DNA from: Sutterella seckii
Lineage (GTDB): Bacteria > Pseudomonadota > Gammaproteobacteria > Burkholderiales > Burkholderiaceae_F
Direction of reading: 5' to 3'
Assembly: GCF_009183815.1 (NCBI RefSeq)
Contig: NZ_WEHX01000011.1
Location: 1 to 30,000, forward strand
Length of the DNA stretch: 30,000 nt
Below the pieces are notes generated by a model. The model ran no database searches, was not told the DNA's origin, and worked only from the letters and a program-made list of their open reading frames with translations. The position numbers were made by a program, and so were the translations under genes. Positions 27,113-30,000 of this stretch are shown here, one piece after another. The stretch's first letter is position 1. Every line of letters starts with the position of its first letter.

Positions 27113-28912
27113 TTACTTCCCGGCCTTGATGGCTTCCGCGATGCTGTCGGCAGCAACGCGGCCCGACGTAAGGGCCCAGCCCACGTTGGCGCCGGCAGGC
27201 GAGTCGTCGCCCATCACGCCGCCCACGATTTCACCCGCACCGTAGAGGTTCGGGATGACCGAACCGTCCTTCTTCACGAGGTTGAGCTTGTCGTCCGTGC
27301 AGACGCCGCCCATCGTGGTCGCAAAGCGCGGCTTCTGCTCGACGATGTAGTAGGGGCCTTCGGCCGAAATTTCAGCCTTCATGTACTGAACCGGACGGTC
27401 GAAGTCCGCATCCTTCTTGGCCTTGACGAACCCGTTGTACTTGGCAACGGTCGCCTTCAGGTTTTCGGCATTGATGCCCGCCAATTTCGCGACGCCTTCG
27501 ATCGTATCGGCCTTCACGAAGAGCGGCGGGGTCTTGCCGCCGTTGGCGAGATACTTGTCGGCATCCTCATGCGAAACGCCCGTTTCGGGGAGGCGCTTGT
27601 AGAAGCCTTCCCAGGACTTCTGGTCCATGAAGACGTAGGCCTGGCCGTTGGGGTTCTTGAGCATCGGCTCGAGAATGTGGCGGTTCGACGCCTTTTCATT
27701 CACGAAACGGACGCCATTCACGTTGACGAGAATGCCCGCCTGGTCAAAGGCGCCGACATTGGCGTAAATCGTGGACTTGGCCTTGCCCGGAGCGACTTCG
27801 ATGCCGTTCGGATAGCGCTTGCCGTACTGGAGGAGCTGGGTCTTGACGCCCAACTTCTCGGCCATCTGGAGGCCGTCGCCCGTCGAGGAAACCGGACCGT
27901 AGTAGAGGACCTTCTGCATTTCGGGCGTGAGGAGCGACTTGTTGTTGCCGTAGCCGCCCGTCGTGAGAAGGGTCTTCTTCGCCTTGATGGTGTAGGTCGT
28001 GCCGCTGTTGAGGTCCACAGCCTTCACGCCCGTGACCTTGCCGTCCTCGACGATGAGGTCTTCAACGCGGGTGTTGTAGAAGACCTTGGCGCCGTTCTGG
28101 GCGATCACTTCGCGCAGGTGCTGCGCCATGGTGCCCGCGCCCCCCTGGAATTCAAGCGCGCGGCGGTGCGAATACTCGGCGAGGTAGGGAAGATCGTTCG
28201 GAATGAACTTGACGCCCACCTTTTCATTCAACCAGTCGATCGTGGGGCCGACGTTCTTTGCGTAGAGCGTGAGCTTCGAGAGATCGTTCTTGCCGGCGCC
28301 GTTCTTCAGGAAGTCCTTCACCATCGAATCGACGGAGTCGTCCTTGGAGCCGAAGGCCTTCTGGAGCTTCGAACCCTGGGCGACGACCTGGCCGCCCGAA
28401 ATCGAAGCCGCACCGCCGATGAAGGGCATCTTCTCGACGAGGATCACGTTGAGGCCGTTCATGCGGCTGCGGATGGTCGCAGACATGCCCGCGCCGCCGC
28501 CGCCCACGATGACGACGTCAGTGGCGAGGTCTTCGTTTTTGGCAACTTTCTTAAGCACCACCGGAACGAGCGCTTCCGGATCGGCGCCCGCCTGCTTCAC
28601 GCAGTCGGCAACGGCCTTCCTGATGGCGTCCGAAGTAATCGTGGCGCCCGAGACCCCGTCAACCTTCGGCGACTGGGCGTCGACGATCTTCTGCGGGAGC
28701 TGGTCGACGGCGAGCGTGCCGATGCCCTGGGTTTCGGTCTGCTTCACGACCTTGACGGCGGAAATCTTGTCGGCCGTGAAGGTCACTTCAACGGTGACGG
28801 CGCCGTGAATGCCGGGGGCGGAAGCCGTGTAGGTTCCCGCCTTGAAGGTGGCGGCGGAAGCGGCGGTCGCAAAGAGCGCGGCAACCGCAAGAGCAGCAAA
28901 AGTCTTCTTCAT
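27113..28912 (-). CDS. Exported FMN_bind + FAD_binding_2 flavin reductase (UrdA / fumarate-reductase-like, probably covalently FMN-modified)
   Basis: 599 aa with Sec signal 'MKKTFAALAVAALFATAASA/A'. The FMN_bind domain carries the ApbE flavinylation motif 'DGVSGATITS' (SGAT at 28640-28651). The FAD fold is 'VVIVGGGGAGMSA', with C-terminal 'NLYGAGEIVGGVMG'. GAGGAA lies about 9 nt upstream of the ATG. Confidence 0.9.
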   Translation of the reverse strand: MKKTFAALAVAALFATAASAATFKAGTYTASAPGIHGAVTVEVTFTADKISAVKVVKQTETQGIGTLAVDQLPQKIVDAQSPKVDGVSGATITSDAIRKAVADCVKQAGADPEALVPVVLKKVAKNEDLATDVVIVGGGGAGMSATIRSRMNGLNVILVEKMPFIGGAASISGGQVVAQGSKLQKAFGSKDDSVDSMVKDFLKNGAGKNDLSKLTLYAKNVGPTIDWLNEKVGVKFIPNDLPYLAEYSHRRALEFQGGAGTMAQHLREVIAQNGAKVFYNTRVEDLIVEDGKVTGVKAVDLNSGTTYTIKAKKTLLTTGGYGNNKSLLTPEMQKVLYYGPVSSTGDGLQMAEKLGVKTQLLQYGKRYPNGIEVAPGKAKSTIYANVGAFDQAGILVNVNGVRFVNEKASNRHILEPMLKNPNGQAYVFMDQKSWEGFYKRLPETGVSHEDADKYLANGGKTPPLFVKADTIEGVAKLAGINAENLKATVAKYNGFVKAKKDADFDRPVQYMKAEISAEGPYYIVEQKPRFATTMGGVCTDDKLNLVKKDGSVIPNLYGAGEIVGGVMGDDSPAGANVGWALTSGRVAADSIAEAIKAGK

Positions 28913-28991
28913 GGGTGAAATTCCTCGTGGAATCAGTCAATCAAAAAACAAATTTATTCTAGGCAATCATTGAGCATGAGACGCATCCGCA

Positions 28992-29912
28992 TTACGGATT
29001 CATCGCGCGATGGAGCGTTTCGAGCACCGAGAGGCATTCCTCGGCCGGAATCTGGCCGGGCGCGCTCGCCTTTCCGCCCACGGACGCAAAGGTGAGGTCG
29101 GAGCCGAAGCCTTCCCCCGTAATGCGCGTAAGCACGCCCCACTTTCCCATCGCCATCGTGAGCATCGGACGGTCGCTGTAGTAGTGGCGCATCTTCGCGG
29201 TCGCGGTCATCACGGTGAGCGCGTCTTCAGGCGAGAACGCCATGACGGCGAGCTTCAGAATGTCGGCGCCGAATTCCTGCTCGAGGAGGAGCCTCCTGAT
29301 GATTTCGCCTTCATCAGGCGTGAACTTGAATTCATGGGCGCTGATGATGACTTTGATGCCTTTGGCGTGCGCCGCCTTGACGAGGGAGCGGATCATGTCC
29401 GCATCGCGGAAGAGCTCAAGGTCAATGATGTCGGCTTTGCCGGACTCAATGACGGCGCGGTAAACCTCGCCGTAGTACTTGTCTTCGGCAATGAAGGGGC
29501 CGCCGTCGGTGCCGTTTCTGAGCGTGACGAGGACGATCTTGTCGCCCGCCGCCTGATAGGCCTTCCGGGTCACCTCGGCAAACTCAGCCGGAGCGAGTTT
29601 TCCGAGATAATCGATGCGGACCTCGACCATGTCGAGGGCCTTCATGCCGGCAAACTTCTCGAGCGTCTGATAGAGGTCGGCAGCATTCTTGCTCGTCGTC
29701 GGGGCGATCAGCTTCGGGCGCCCTTCGCCGATCCGGCGGCCCTTGACCTCGAGGGGCTTCACGGCGCCGACGCCCCAGCCGGGAGCGCGGTTTTCCGTAT
29801 CGATCGGGCGCATCTTCTCGCCGAAATGGTCCGAAACGCTCGCTTCCGCAACCGGAACCACAACCGCTGCAGCGGCTCCGAGCGCGGAACCGAACAGATG
29901 ACGACGCTGCAT
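28992..29912 (-). CDS. Exported type I 3-dehydroquinate dehydratase paralogue (AroD-like with a twin-arginine-type signal peptide)
   Basis: ORF 28992..29960(-) trimmed to the ATG at 29910-29912, which has AAGGAAAGGAGA upstream. The N-terminus 'MQRRHLFGSALGAAAAVVVPVAEA/S' has an RR-x-[LF][LF] motif, a hydrophobic core and an AxA cleavage site. The mature part aligns with aroD at 13588-14346: 'IDLELF', 'SAHEFKFTP', 'ILKLAVM', '[41 protein letters not shown]'. Confidence 0.85.
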   Translation of the reverse strand: MQRRHLFGSALGAAAAVVVPVAEASVSDHFGEKMRPIDTENRAPGWGVGAVKPLEVKGRRIGEGRPKLIAPTTSKNAADLYQTLEKFAGMKALDMVEVRIDYLGKLAPAEFAEVTRKAYQAAGDKIVLVTLRNGTDGGPFIAEDKYYGEVYRAVIESGKADIIDLELFRDADMIRSLVKAAHAKGIKVIISAHEFKFTPDEGEIIRRLLLEQEFGADILKLAVMAFSPEDALTVMTATAKMRHYYSDRPMLTMAMGKWGVLTRITGEGFGSDLTFASVGGKASAPGQIPAEECLSVLETLHRAMNP

Positions 29913-30000
29913 TCTCAATCTCCTTTCCTTTGATTTTTCGTGCCGTCGCCGGACATTCAAGGCCGGTCTGAAGCCTTTGAATCTTTTGCCCGGGACATGC

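Noticed and set aside
1-30000. Search for tRNA, rRNA, CRISPR repeats, integrase or att sites, toxin-antitoxin pairs and known defence-system signatures.
   Set aside because: I saw no T-loop/acceptor-like structures, no rRNA-like stretches, no regularly spaced direct repeats, and no recombinase, nuclease or ATPase ORFs. The window is metabolic and regulatory throughout.

Overview
This is a 30-kb, densely coding, high-GC chromosomal segment (about 60% or more by eye, not computed). It appears to come from a Gram-negative anaerobe, given rubrerythrin, Fix-type ETF genes and exported flavin reductases. A gut Sutterellaceae-like betaproteobacterium is my unverified guess. I saw no rRNA, tRNA, CRISPR array or intact mobile element.

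Content, in order:
(i) A MarR-like regulator and rubrerythrin (186-1373).
(ii) A complete but rearranged counterpart of the E. coli K-12 ydi locus (1617-17394). On the minus strand, ydiQ-ydiR-ydiS-ydiT-fadK is followed by a ydiM-like MFS gene and an AraC regulator. Across a 1.49-kb ORF-less gap, ydiN-ydiB-aroD-ydiF-ydiO runs divergently on the plus strand.
(iii) A DoxX membrane protein and a secreted C69 Ntn-dipeptidase.
(iv) A Cache-type histidine kinase and OmpR-type regulator, followed by a Tat-signal FAD (fumarate-reductase-like) flavoprotein.
(v) An orphan ORF that may be a degenerate IS4/IS1634-like transposase.
(vi) An exported type I 3-dehydroquinate dehydratase paralogue, co-oriented with a Sec-exported FMN_bind+FAD UrdA-like reductase.

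Main hypothesis: the window is a reductive or respiratory island for hydroaromatic acids (quinate, shikimate, 3-dehydroshikimate). It would have a cytoplasmic CoA-dependent route (the ydi module, built like Cai/Fix and CarABCDE) and a periplasmic CoA-independent route (exported dehydroquinase plus flavin reductase).

Three genes (ydiM-like, ydiR, Tat reductase) carry single-base frameshifts, two of them placeable at short G/C runs. Sequence error versus real gene decay must be resolved before any functional claim. All similarity statements come from by-eye comparison with remembered reference proteins, not from database searches.
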